From a virus (taxonomy: Duplodnaviria; Caudoviricetes): a stretch of 24,531 nucleotides of DNA. Numbering within the stretch: the first letter of the stretch is position 1; the number at the start of each line of letters is the position of its first letter. The stretch spans positions 1-24,531 of IMG/VR virus record IMGVR_UViG_3300030708_002931. One strand, 5' to 3'. The translations under genes were made by a program, and so were the position numbers. The notes below the pieces were generated by a model, which worked only from the letters and a program-made list of their open reading frames with translations, was not told the origin of the DNA and made no database searches. This document shows, in pieces, positions 10,701-18,072 of the stretch.

Positions 10701-10737
10701 TAATATTTAACTTATTTATGTAATTTTCTAATGACAT
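4732..10737 (-). CDS. Large baseplate wedge protein (P2 gpI/T4 gp7-like core) carrying LamG domains and tandem repeats
   Basis: gpI-like motifs LLYDAAESLGW and WRRIVNNLPHLLKTKGTSRSVKALLACYGI. Clear LamG domains at about 8340-9072 (LVLYVPFDEG...YAVSFW...WHHIVF...GSLDEFRIY) and about 5050-5700 (WAVSFLF...LSLYING...GSISNVRFYNKNL), plus a degenerate one between them (FSGSFQEYREW). Confidence 0.75.
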   Translation of the reverse strand: MSLENYINKLNIISSTRPVDAVQLRAEDVDVINHETVEITNFDDPALDEVIELHVYDTIGSYVTSDHVSDHWKHFADEDSFVQYDIYKNLTDLGITQGTYKFVLNFHRSLVGDSNNSNLYIKEISPDRSELLIKIGDDHIKSSEKDTSNTKASELTTHDQLALFEKRRPELCNDDGFIHLMFMNLGNNRLIQFVNYKYLYEMEELYIKLYQPLPEFIKEKQKFWIVQQIRQPYTDNVVLYRQPVQAPTNNLRGPNFEIETKFTKINETNFASWNDLLGSSVSTSQQIVDRIFSGSLQGMDLGIDYSGFQNFVNFSSAAERLKNFKYKVELIEYYNDQITTLQSVSESSEVNANKSLYTKYKDNVIGGFDGFERYLYKEQTGSFYTHGVSGSSIYNQTFTVEPWPKIEYRSTGSADGLHPGAQYQLHHSTSSIAVNYYNALLASASLWDTHNAAALIKSVPEHIREDANNAEFETFVHMIGQHYDILWTYIKHQTDLYNRDEHYAHGMSKNLLYDAAESLGWHLVNGNQSERLFEYLLGTDERGEFGKINERKIDKDLVLYVPFDEGRPDFARKNFIDYSPRQDQLENFEKPSFVKGAHGHGVKFNGTNEYLKYNTPYDYGSNNYAVSFWLKDVDATNAVGTIFNAMSGSGIDSGFQVKVTGGKLQWLQTYTGSNGSHFVNIPATTVNNFSSSYLNSSSPQGASTGGESNGWHHIVFNIDRQESASAYVNGVFVAGSDISVSASADIGPELEGDYPKPIIGASDTNNTGLPFDHLTGSLDEFRIYKKKLSLDEITDLYINGGTYVTQSSAVTLATPKEDLTTQVWRRIVNNLPHLLKTKGTSRSVKALLACYGIPESLLSIREYGGPKMPETTPAAIEDRFSYALQVERGSFIRFGNSRVSSSISGVDPSGTPFSWGRTLDPLPNSSVGAGMPIITRELRFKPAVKETQFIWATVDANLSFARMNQSLIIEHTASYSGSDEYGRIRWTVGQDGMSGSFTDWVPLFNGQFWNVRTWFEITGSVDNLAVGQQATAKYLMSSTKNLKGLDGEVEMYVQCQMASDYVDGKVVHSTSGSWIPTVSPANAYSYSSIGDAMFLGGAPGRLGKDYQKGTKFALAAKLTSSFTPGTPINPTSGTGSIAMFSGSFQEYREWIEVLDQETFDMHTLNPRSYASPLSPSSSFDTLVRHYPFGTNQVSFDHSVNHIITSSHPAWMIKDFSPPYANNGVEVSGYSTYATASRVMVNSEGQGIVDFDISYYQIDGIQSGSWRPGTEFDSVNKDHYERVDETYFIHGPSIGGKNLKSTKIRLEDNRLVHPLNRETRGEVSQFDRVSNDSNRLGIFFSPQDMINKDIFNQLGSAALDDFFGSAEDQYKDEYPKFKRFAYDYWKKYENDNDLNAYIRIFSLFDFSFFQQVKQLIPVRTNADTGLIIEPSVLERSKVMVEAEPSREELHYEDFIPDPFPDPDMEPLHYTASIVDPVENVIGEPMHYTASITDPGPDLVGEPMHYTASIAINVTSASGEHLIHTASIAEKIVRLTPEFLPVYTIATASSMKNDVLDPGLDLFNIGNGYPGAIYDHVSLFYSSVHGWTTQSRSPLENSPTASIITEQRKSATYKKKVFHYTPKDDAARFYPLNKFSGDQMLDMSEGNRFHSTALIHVPSGTVQNDTNTVTQSAADYTFETINHNRFTGNALIFSASFNPGAFVNRRGHQFVKIPRFVGTRKGQWAVSFLFKEAPGFINSASVLFGTDLTANNPADYNFPDNDTKPFIWVNSSNQIQLRDDSAQYWNLGTQPAIVAARSAANPPPVHVVLNWDGYNLDLPASGSLSLYINGKFVSTTQRGITGPGDQERSGSFHFEGIGGAYHSSENSYQYSGSISNVRFYNKNLDEQEISYLNRYPHLRANRDINESYGRGREIMTRARRSNGFAPFTDIGIVATSESLIAADYRDDEFDSSFYKGSKLTAPNINTPSDNDIDGEEVVKITERNRYNLVYKKDLPDGANLDVR
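6133..6402 (-). repeat. Five imperfect 54-bp (18-aa) coding tandem repeats, consensus EP(M/L)HYTASIxDPxxxxxG
   Basis: Units start at 6402, 6348, 6294, 6240 and 6186: EELHYEDFIPDPFPDPDM / EPLHYTASIVDPVENVIG / EPMHYTASITDPGPDLVG / EPMHYTASIAINVTSASG / EHLIHTASIAEKIVRLTP. Confidence 0.9.
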
Positions 10738-10744
10738 TTGTTAC

Positions 10745-12541
10745 CTATTTAAATAAATTATTATATCGTGATAAATGTGGTTTTTTATAAAAATCATCTT
10801 GGGCCGCATATCTTTTAACTGCATCTGTTCCTCTATATCCTGCAGGTGCTTCAATTCCTTCTGTATAAAATACTCTAACTGAAGAAACGTCATCATTTTT
10901 ATTTCCAGGTAGATTTACTGTGGTAGGTCCTACATATGTTTTATTATTAAAATCACGACTTCCACCTGTATCAGGTTGTTCATCATATATCTCGATAGAC
11001 AATCCTCTTGGAACGTTTATATATGATGCATCATTGTTAACAAATCCAGGAAAATCATCAAATCCACTATAATTAGTTCCAGCTGCTCTATACTTACCTG
11101 TAGGTAAATCTATTGACCATCCACCGCCATCATAATGTTGAGCAAGTGTAACTCTTAAAGAAGGATCTTTTTCGTTTTTAACTGGTTTGTTACCTGGTGT
11201 TCCAAGTTTTCTTAATGATGCCCAATCCATTGCAATATATGACGTTTCATGATATTCATCATAATTATTATTACCTTCCCAATTTGTCCCAGGTGGTAAT
11301 TCTTTTAAAGATGCTAGGAAGAATGTTGCTACTGTATTTGTTTTATATATTTCTCCTTCCATCATTAAATAATATCCTGTTGCCTTTCCTGATGAATAAC
11401 CTCTAATTGGTTTCTTTTCGTATACTTTATTTTTAATTTCATCAGCTGTAGCTTTGTAAACTAATCCTCTATGCGGTGGCTTACCTACATCATGAGTATG
11501 ATATTCTGTCCATCGTTCATGTAATGTTGGCAATTCAGATCCAACAGTTGTTTCTATTAAATCACCTGGTTCATACTCTATATCATCTATTATTACAGAG
11601 TTTTTATTGTATGTAAATCCGTCTGCTTCTGCTGTATTGTTCCATTCAATTGCTTCATATACATCCATTCGTCTCAACTGATACATTGACAAGAAACTTT
11701 TTACTTCGGCTGCAGGAACTACTTCAATATCATCATATGACATATCACGTTCTTTCAAGAATACTTCTAAATTTCTTCCTGAGTATGAATTTGTCAATCC
11801 TTTTATTGGTCCAGGATTTTTTGCTGCAGTTGGTAATTCAATTTTACCGCCATTTGTTAATTCTGTAGTATGAACAGCATCTCCTGGAACTAATCTTTCA
11901 CCGTCTATTTCACCTTCAAATCTATATCTTATACCTCTCCAAACAACATACATTGTATTAGATTGTATACCTGTAAAGTCACCTGCTGAATTTATCTCTG
12001 TTATAATTCTATATTCTTCACCAAATTCTTCTGATGCAGTTTTACGATCAATTTCTGGATCATCTGTTGATTGATCAATATCCCCTGGATCGGTGGCATT
12101 AACAACAACTTCTTCTTTTACTAATGTCGGTCCTGCTGTAACAGTTATATTTGGTACAACAATTGGTGTTTGATTAAATCCTTGTAAAAAATGCTCAAAA
12201 TTTTCATGAATAGCTGCATAAAATGATTCAGCTTCATACTTGGTTGTTTCCATTGATACTTTGATTGGAAAATTTTCATTTTCTTTTTCTTCTCGATATT
12301 CTAATAATCCTTTAGGTGTTCTTATTGGCTTACCTTCAATTAATTTAATATCATCATCAGTTTGAGCAACTGTCCCATCTGGTTTAACAGCTTCAGGATG
12401 CATTTGAATAGTATTTGTTTTGTTGATTGGTTTATCTAGACCATTCATAGTTCTATTCAACTTCTTGAAGATTTGATCATCAGTTGCAACTCTTTCTGCT
12501 ACTGCTGCTTTGGTTGGTTTTCTATATTGAGTTGTTGCCAT
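10745..12541 (-). CDS. Putative virion protein with a C-terminal beta/gamma-crystallin-like domain
   Basis: RVTLAQHYDGGGWSIDLPTGKY...NNDASYINVPRGLSIEIYDE...NDDVSSVRV matches a two-Greek-key crystallin pattern. The rest of the 598 aa is unrecognised. Confidence 0.65.
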   Translation of the reverse strand: MATTQYRKPTKAAVAERVATDDQIFKKLNRTMNGLDKPINKTNTIQMHPEAVKPDGTVAQTDDDIKLIEGKPIRTPKGLLEYREEKENENFPIKVSMETTKYEAESFYAAIHENFEHFLQGFNQTPIVVPNITVTAGPTLVKEEVVVNATDPGDIDQSTDDPEIDRKTASEEFGEEYRIITEINSAGDFTGIQSNTMYVVWRGIRYRFEGEIDGERLVPGDAVHTTELTNGGKIELPTAAKNPGPIKGLTNSYSGRNLEVFLKERDMSYDDIEVVPAAEVKSFLSMYQLRRMDVYEAIEWNNTAEADGFTYNKNSVIIDDIEYEPGDLIETTVGSELPTLHERWTEYHTHDVGKPPHRGLVYKATADEIKNKVYEKKPIRGYSSGKATGYYLMMEGEIYKTNTVATFFLASLKELPPGTNWEGNNNYDEYHETSYIAMDWASLRKLGTPGNKPVKNEKDPSLRVTLAQHYDGGGWSIDLPTGKYRAAGTNYSGFDDFPGFVNNDASYINVPRGLSIEIYDEQPDTGGSRDFNNKTYVGPTTVNLPGNKNDDVSSVRVFYTEGIEAPAGYRGTDAVKRYAAQDDFYKKPHLSRYNNLFK

Positions 12542-12542
12542 T

Positions 12543-13688
12543 TTATCTTACCACTTTAAAATAATAACCATTATCAAAATATTTTATTGTTCCATCTGCA
12601 TATTTTGATCTAATCTTAAACTTATAATATCTTTCTGGACTTAATGCATCCATTCTATAATTAAAAAAGCTTCCGTTTGAGTCTACACTAAGACTAGTAT
12701 AGTAATCATCATAATCTAACAATGTTTCTCCTGTTACTGCATCACATACTGCATATGAACTTGTATAACTTAATCTTTGCGTTTCACTTAAATAAAAAGA
12801 TGATGTAGTATATGTCTTCGCAGGAAATCTTGATCTTGCACCTAATCTAAATTGTGCCACAGAACCTTCTGGATATTTTTCTTCTAAATTTTTAAAATAT
12901 ACTATTGGTCCGCCATCATTGGTTTGATGAACTTCTGTTAAAGTTATATCTGAAATTACAAAATCTCTCCATACAACTTCTAATCTTGGTGCATAAATAG
13001 TATGAGTATCTTTTGAAAAGAACTTTAAATTGAAATTTTCATTACCAGTAGTTTCAGTTGAATATGGCAATTTAACTATGAATCCATTATTTGTAATTGT
13101 ACCATCTAACCATTTATTAACAATATCAGTTACTTCCATTCTAACATCTATTGATTCATAATTAAATGACTGCGAAGCTTCATAACCAGAACCAGTTATC
13201 CAAGTTCCTCCACCAGTTGCAACTTGAAGTCCTGCCGATGTATTTGCACTATGGGCTGAACCAGTATTCCATACTTGATTTGATGAATCAAATCCTGTAC
13301 GATTTGACCATGCAACTCCTGTTCTTGTTTCAGGCTTATCTGCATAATTTCCTGTTCCATTTACCCATGATTCAGATATTGGATATGCTTCTAATGTGTA
13401 TTGTATAGGAAGGTCTGATGCATATACGCCTTTCATATTTAAATAAAATTTACGTCCTGTAGATCCTATTGTCCCGTCTGAAATTGAAGCTGATATTGCT
13501 GTAAATTCGGCTCCTGTAAAATCTATTAATATACGAGAATTAAATGTACCATTTTGATATAGTTCATCTAATATTGATCCTGATTTAGAAGATACAATTT
13601 CTAAAATTTGATCAATACCAGTGTTGCAATCTTTTTTCTTTTCGTATATTGTTGCATCACGTTCTGCATATATTTGTTTATGTGCCAT
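12543..13688 (-). CDS. DNRLRE/CBM96-like beta-sandwich virion protein
   Basis: DATIYE...NTG.DQILEI...SRILIDF...YPISESW...VTDIVNKWLDG.ITNNGFIVK...FFSKD....PRLEVVW is the typical motif order of DNRLRE-type domains. Confidence 0.65.
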   Translation of the reverse strand: MAHKQIYAERDATIYEKKKDCNTGIDQILEIVSSKSGSILDELYQNGTFNSRILIDFTGAEFTAISASISDGTIGSTGRKFYLNMKGVYASDLPIQYTLEAYPISESWVNGTGNYADKPETRTGVAWSNRTGFDSSNQVWNTGSAHSANTSAGLQVATGGGTWITGSGYEASQSFNYESIDVRMEVTDIVNKWLDGTITNNGFIVKLPYSTETTGNENFNLKFFSKDTHTIYAPRLEVVWRDFVISDITLTEVHQTNDGGPIVYFKNLEEKYPEGSVAQFRLGARSRFPAKTYTTSSFYLSETQRLSYTSSYAVCDAVTGETLLDYDDYYTSLSVDSNGSFFNYRMDALSPERYYKFKIRSKYADGTIKYFDNGYYFKVVR

Positions 13689-13700
13689 AATTTATTTCCC

Positions 13701-15581
13701 TTATAATCCTATTATTCTTCCTTTGATATCTTTGTTTGGATATTTTATTTCAAATATACAAGGATCTAACGAAGGATATATTATATTATTTAACGTTGCT
13801 GCTTTTATATCATATACATTTCCTGAATATCCAGAATTTGTATCAAATAAATTTATAATCTCAACATCTGATACTGTCTGTACTCCTTCTACTGAATCTA
13901 ATCTTGTATAGATATCTGATATTACTATTGGTGCATTTATTTGCATACGGTCTACATGCAATAATTGTCTCAATTCGTCAATACATTTAAGAACTACTTC
14001 TGATCCATTAAATGCTGGCTTTGGTATAATTTCAAATTCGACTCCTAAATTAATTACAAATGCATCTTTAATATTTATTGCATCTGTCATTAGTCTAAAC
14101 TGAGAAATATAAGTTTTTAAATTTTGTTTAACTGCCGCATTCAAAGGTACTATTTGTTGATCTGCATTATATCCCATACAATACATATTCATTGCTAATG
14201 GGTTTGCAATTTTAGCTTCTGGATTAGTTGAATCAACTTGTTCGTCTTGAATAATATAAGCCTTTGCTACATTACCAAATTTTGCTGGCATTGTATATGC
14301 TCTTAAAACATAATCTTCTTTTGTTACAGCTCTATTTTGAGATGCAAATGCTCCTATAGCTTTTTGTCGAACAGTTTCAATTGGTTCCATATCTCCACCA
14401 CCTTTTGCAGGTATTGGATTATTTACTGCAACTGAATCTCTTGCCTGCTGTAATAAAGTTCCATCGACCGTTGTTATTTGACTTCCATATGCAATATCTG
14501 TTATTTGTTGAATTGAATTTGCTGGAACATTATCCATTAAACCTTTACCTCTAGAATATCGTATGGTCAATGTTGTTTCAGATGGAGCTTGTCCATATGT
14601 ACTTGAATATAAAAAGTTAGCTGGGTCTACTGATAAATCAACTTCTCGTTTTAGGCCTCGTATACCTAATCCAACATTTTCAGGATTTGGTATTAAATCT
14701 CTATCATGCTCTTCAGATATTCCTGCACCAAATTGTAGTTCTAATCTTCTATCAGCTCTAAATCTTGTTACAAATCGTTTAGCAGTTCTTCGTAATTTTA
14801 AAATGTACGGAGCACTACTTGCAAAACTTGTTAGGTCTGGATCTATATCTGGTGTATTTCTTATTGAGTCTTGTACAAATTCTTGTGCCAAATAATCTAC
14901 TTCATACCAACGATTATTTTGATCATCATAACAATCAATTATTTCAATAACATCTTCATATGGTAATACAATTTTATCATAAATTTTTGGTTGAGTGAAT
15001 TCAAATTGATCTGTTACTATTTCACCAGAAACAGCTTGAACTTGTTTTTTCAAAAGGTAATATGTCGGCGTACCAGTAGTTTCATCAACTTGATAAACAG
15101 TAACGTTTCTTGTATCTGTTCCAGAACCTGTATGGTTAAAATCGACTGGCGTTAATGTTCTAAATTGTATACCTGTATTGGATTGAGCAATCATTCCTGC
15201 ATTTATATTTAAAGCATATTTAAAATCAGGCTTTGCATTAACTCCTGTTCCAATAGCCGGAACGGTTTGATATACATCTAATGTTACTAATGATGATCTT
15301 TTATTTTTTGGTTTAAAACCTAAACTAGCTGCAATTGAATTTAAATTTCCTCTTTCTTCTGCATATGCCAACATCGACTCTTTTAAATTACTATCGGTAT
15401 AGTATGCTAATACATCACCAACATAAGAGGCCATTTCCATAAACATCATACCAGGTGATGATTCATTGAAATCATTATATGTATCTGGAAAATAATTTTT
15501 TGTAAAGTTTATTAAATTTTGTCTAAACTCGCCAAAATCTTTACTTAAATATTTAATATCTTTTTTTACTAAGTCTGCCAT
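13701..15581 (-). CDS. Baseplate wedge subunit (T4 gp6 / baseplate J-like)
   Basis: KDFGEFRQNLINF..YFPDTYNDFNESSPGMMFMEMASYVGDVLAYYTD, LQFGAG, GGGDMEPIETVR, SQNRAVTKEDY; directly follows a gp25-like gene. Confidence 0.92.
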   Translation of the reverse strand: MADLVKKDIKYLSKDFGEFRQNLINFTKNYFPDTYNDFNESSPGMMFMEMASYVGDVLAYYTDSNLKESMLAYAEERGNLNSIAASLGFKPKNKRSSLVTLDVYQTVPAIGTGVNAKPDFKYALNINAGMIAQSNTGIQFRTLTPVDFNHTGSGTDTRNVTVYQVDETTGTPTYYLLKKQVQAVSGEIVTDQFEFTQPKIYDKIVLPYEDVIEIIDCYDDQNNRWYEVDYLAQEFVQDSIRNTPDIDPDLTSFASSAPYILKLRRTAKRFVTRFRADRRLELQFGAGISEEHDRDLIPNPENVGLGIRGLKREVDLSVDPANFLYSSTYGQAPSETTLTIRYSRGKGLMDNVPANSIQQITDIAYGSQITTVDGTLLQQARDSVAVNNPIPAKGGGDMEPIETVRQKAIGAFASQNRAVTKEDYVLRAYTMPAKFGNVAKAYIIQDEQVDSTNPEAKIANPLAMNMYCMGYNADQQIVPLNAAVKQNLKTYISQFRLMTDAINIKDAFVINLGVEFEIIPKPAFNGSEVVLKCIDELRQLLHVDRMQINAPIVISDIYTRLDSVEGVQTVSDVEIINLFDTNSGYSGNVYDIKAATLNNIIYPSLDPCIFEIKYPNKDIKGRIIGL

Positions 15582-15592
15582 TTTTTATTCCC

Positions 15593-16246
15593 TTAATATC
15601 CACCTCCACCACCTGCAGCGGCCGCTGTTCCGCCTGATTGAGCTACAGTGGTTGTTTGGTCACCATTTGATACCAACGTAATTGTTTGATTTGCTCCTTG
15701 TTCAGTCACTTTAAATTCTATTTTGATAAATAAAAAGTTTGTAATAAGTTCAGTTCCAGGTTCTCTATTATCTATGTTTATTGCTTTTATTTTAATATAT
15801 GGTAACCAATATCCAATAGCATCTTGTATTTCTTTATTTAATGCAACTACTAAATCTGGCGTATTAGGTTCGAATACTCTGTCTTTTATTCTTACACCGA
15901 ATGTTGGTTGCATGTACCTTTCACCAGGATATGTTAACAATAAATTTTTCATGTTAGATAATGCTTGTTCCTCTGTCGTATAGGATAATGGAAATTTACC
16001 AGAAATTTTATTTTGATGAAATGTAGAATTAGTTCCTTGACTAAACGATCCTGTGATACCTCCATATCCTTCTGCATCTGTTAAAACACCGAATGGATTT
16101 GCAACACCATTGAAAGGAAGTTTAACACCAATAGCTTTATCAGGTTCAAGGTCAATTGGATTATACCTATATATAGGACGACCTCCTCCTCTAGCATATG
16201 CTTCTTCTCTACGTTCTTTAAAATATTTTGCTTCTGGTCCAGCCAC
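15593..16246 (-). CDS. Baseplate wedge/sheath initiator, gp25 (GPW/gp25) family
   Basis: NMKNLLLTYPGERYMQPTFGVRIKDRVFEP...I.YWLPYIKI signature. GTG start overlaps the upstream TAG (TAGTG) with GGGAA upstream. Confidence 0.92.
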   Translation of the reverse strand: MAGPEAKYFKERREEAYARGGGRPIYRYNPIDLEPDKAIGVKLPFNGVANPFGVLTDAEGYGGITGSFSQGTNSTFHQNKISGKFPLSYTTEEQALSNMKNLLLTYPGERYMQPTFGVRIKDRVFEPNTPDLVVALNKEIQDAIGYWLPYIKIKAINIDNREPGTELITNFLFIKIEFKVTEQGANQTITLVSNGDQTTTVAQSGGTAAAAGGGGGY

Positions 16247-16719
16247 TATCTAGTTCCCATTTTTCCGTTTTTCTTATCCATAGCTTTTATCAATCCGCTA
16301 TAATCTCTTGTCAATGCTTTTTGAACAGCTGCCATTTCTGGTTTTGATGTATCAACGCGTTCACCATTTATTCCTGTCATTGGTTGATTTGGTTGTACCA
16401 TTGTCGATGTTCTTGCAGGACCCATTTGTGGATAATCATCTTCATATGATACCGCAGGTCCTTGCATCATTGATGCAAAATCACCAGTTGCTGCTGTTTC
16501 ATTTAAAATGTCATTCAACATTGAATTTTTACTAAATTTTTTCTTTTTAGCAATTGGACGTCTTGGCATTGGATTTTCTGCAATTTCTGCAAGATTCATT
16601 CCATGTTCTATAACTTGATTATGATTAACTGTTTGTTCGGTTAAAGCTTGTTTTACAGCTTTTCCAACCTCTTCTCTAATAACTTTTCGTAAAATTTTTA
16701 CAAAACTCTTTGTATCCAT
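16246..16719 (-). CDS. Conserved-looking phage protein, possibly virion-associated (N-terminal LRKVIREEV helix)
   Basis: Start moved from the TTG at 16731 to the ATG at 16719 because GGAG lies 7 nt upstream of it. Has its own promoter motif; Met/Pro-rich low-complexity middle. Confidence 0.6.
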   Translation of the reverse strand: MDTKSFVKILRKVIREEVGKAVKQALTEQTVNHNQVIEHGMNLAEIAENPMPRRPIAKKKKFSKNSMLNDILNETAATGDFASMMQGPAVSYEDDYPQMGPARTSTMVQPNQPMTGINGERVDTSKPEMAAVQKALTRDYSGLIKAMDKKNGKMGTR

Positions 16720-16741
16720 AGTTTTCTCCAATTTATTTTAA

Positions 16742-16750
16742 TATAAATAT
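16742..16750 (-). promoter_or_regulatory. Putative phage late promoter motif ATATTTATA
   Basis: Intergenic copy about 23 nt upstream of the ATG at 16719. Confidence 0.65.
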
Positions 16751-16775
16751 GAAGATATTAGAATTATGGTACTTG

Positions 16776-18068
16776 TTATAAGGTCTTATTCTGCCTACTT
16801 TTTAATTGATCTAATGTAGCTTCTAACTGATCTAATAAATATATGTTGATGGCTGGTCCTGTTGGTCCGCCGGAGTTTGTGTATGTAAACGATCTTAATG
16901 CATCAAGTAATGAAGATAACCAGTTAGTCATTTGATCTCCTAATATTAAAGGTTCAGTAGCTCCTAGTCCTAAATATATTTCTGGTGAATTAACGGTGAA
17001 ATGATTTCCCGCATCAATTCCTACTGCTTCAAGAGCTGATAGTCCTATATGAATATTTGACGACAATCTTATATCATCTGATTTTGAATTAATTAAAATT
17101 CTATCCGAATTAATTACTACTTGTGGCCTTGTAAATTCTGCAGGAGATTGAGTTTGTATTTGTGGTGGTTCATTTGGAGCGCTCTTATCATCTGGTGGCG
17201 GTTTTGTACTTAAACTTGATGTTATGAATGGCTCTTCATTATGATCTTCCCATGGTAATTCTTTATTAAGTCCACCAAATAAATCACCTAGACCTGCTAA
17301 GAAATTTAAAGCTGCAAATCCAATTGATGCTAAATTGAAAAAATCAAATTTTGGATCATTTGTTGTTATAACATTTTCGGGCGGTAATTTTTCAGTAAGT
17401 GCTTCTTGTGCTGATAAAGTAGCTTGGCCTAGTCCTGTTGTTGGATCATGATTCAAAGGATTATTAATCATAGAAATATTTTGAATAAATTCATCAGGTA
17501 TTTCAACATCAGCTGTAAGTACTGGATCTATCATTACAATATTTGTAATTGTATCGTCATTGAAATCAATTTCTCCACAACCATCACCCATTGCATATAC
17601 TATATTTAAATATTCTCTACCAGATGCATCTGTACAACAACCACATAAATCAATAAAATCATAATAATCAAAACCACGTGAATTGAATATACCAGTTTTT
17701 ACAGCCATATCAGATGCTTGAGATAAATCTGTTTCTGATGATGGCAATATACATATTATATATTCGTCTTGTGGTATATGTCCATCTTCTAATGCATTCA
17801 TTGCCATATCATATGCAAAATGTTGTCCCGGAAACCCTGGATTATCTTTATATGATACATCTGTAATATTAGGTGGTGGTATAATCCATATTACACCTCG
17901 TATATCATCTTCGTAAACTTTTTCAGGAAAGATATAAACATTTTCTCTTCCCCAAATTTCAGCATCATATACTGTTTCAGATTTAACCTGTACTTTACCT
18001 TTTTGAGACGGATAATGAGTTTTTGATATTGATATTTGTGTATCTTTATTTGCTTCGTAATTTGCCAT
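16776..18068 (-). CDS. Baseplate spike-like protein: C-terminal gp5/gpV-type beta-helix half plus an acidic N-terminal domain
   Basis: C-terminal QVVINSDRILINSKSDDIRLSS..HIGLSA...FTVNSPEIYLG..ATEPLILGD...GPTGPA resembles spike C-termini. Located between the hub gene and gp25. Confidence 0.65.
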   Translation of the reverse strand: MANYEANKDTQISISKTHYPSQKGKVQVKSETVYDAEIWGRENVYIFPEKVYEDDIRGVIWIIPPPNITDVSYKDNPGFPGQHFAYDMAMNALEDGHIPQDEYIICILPSSETDLSQASDMAVKTGIFNSRGFDYYDFIDLCGCCTDASGREYLNIVYAMGDGCGEIDFNDDTITNIVMIDPVLTADVEIPDEFIQNISMINNPLNHDPTTGLGQATLSAQEALTEKLPPENVITTNDPKFDFFNLASIGFAALNFLAGLGDLFGGLNKELPWEDHNEEPFITSSLSTKPPPDDKSAPNEPPQIQTQSPAEFTRPQVVINSDRILINSKSDDIRLSSNIHIGLSALEAVGIDAGNHFTVNSPEIYLGLGATEPLILGDQMTNWLSSLLDALRSFTYTNSGGPTGPAINIYLLDQLEATLDQLKSRQNKTL

Positions 18069-18072
18069 AATA

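Noticed and set aside
735-16750. TATAAATA on the plus strand read as T4-type late promoters
   Set aside because: They would point away from every gene. Their position just upstream of minus-strand starts, and AATAAATAT variants, favour the minus-strand reading.
3245-16842. Intragenic motif-like matches (3245-3253, 16834-16842; minus-strand TATAAATA at 4848-4855)
   Set aside because: Inside coding sequence and far from start codons; expected by chance at this AT content.
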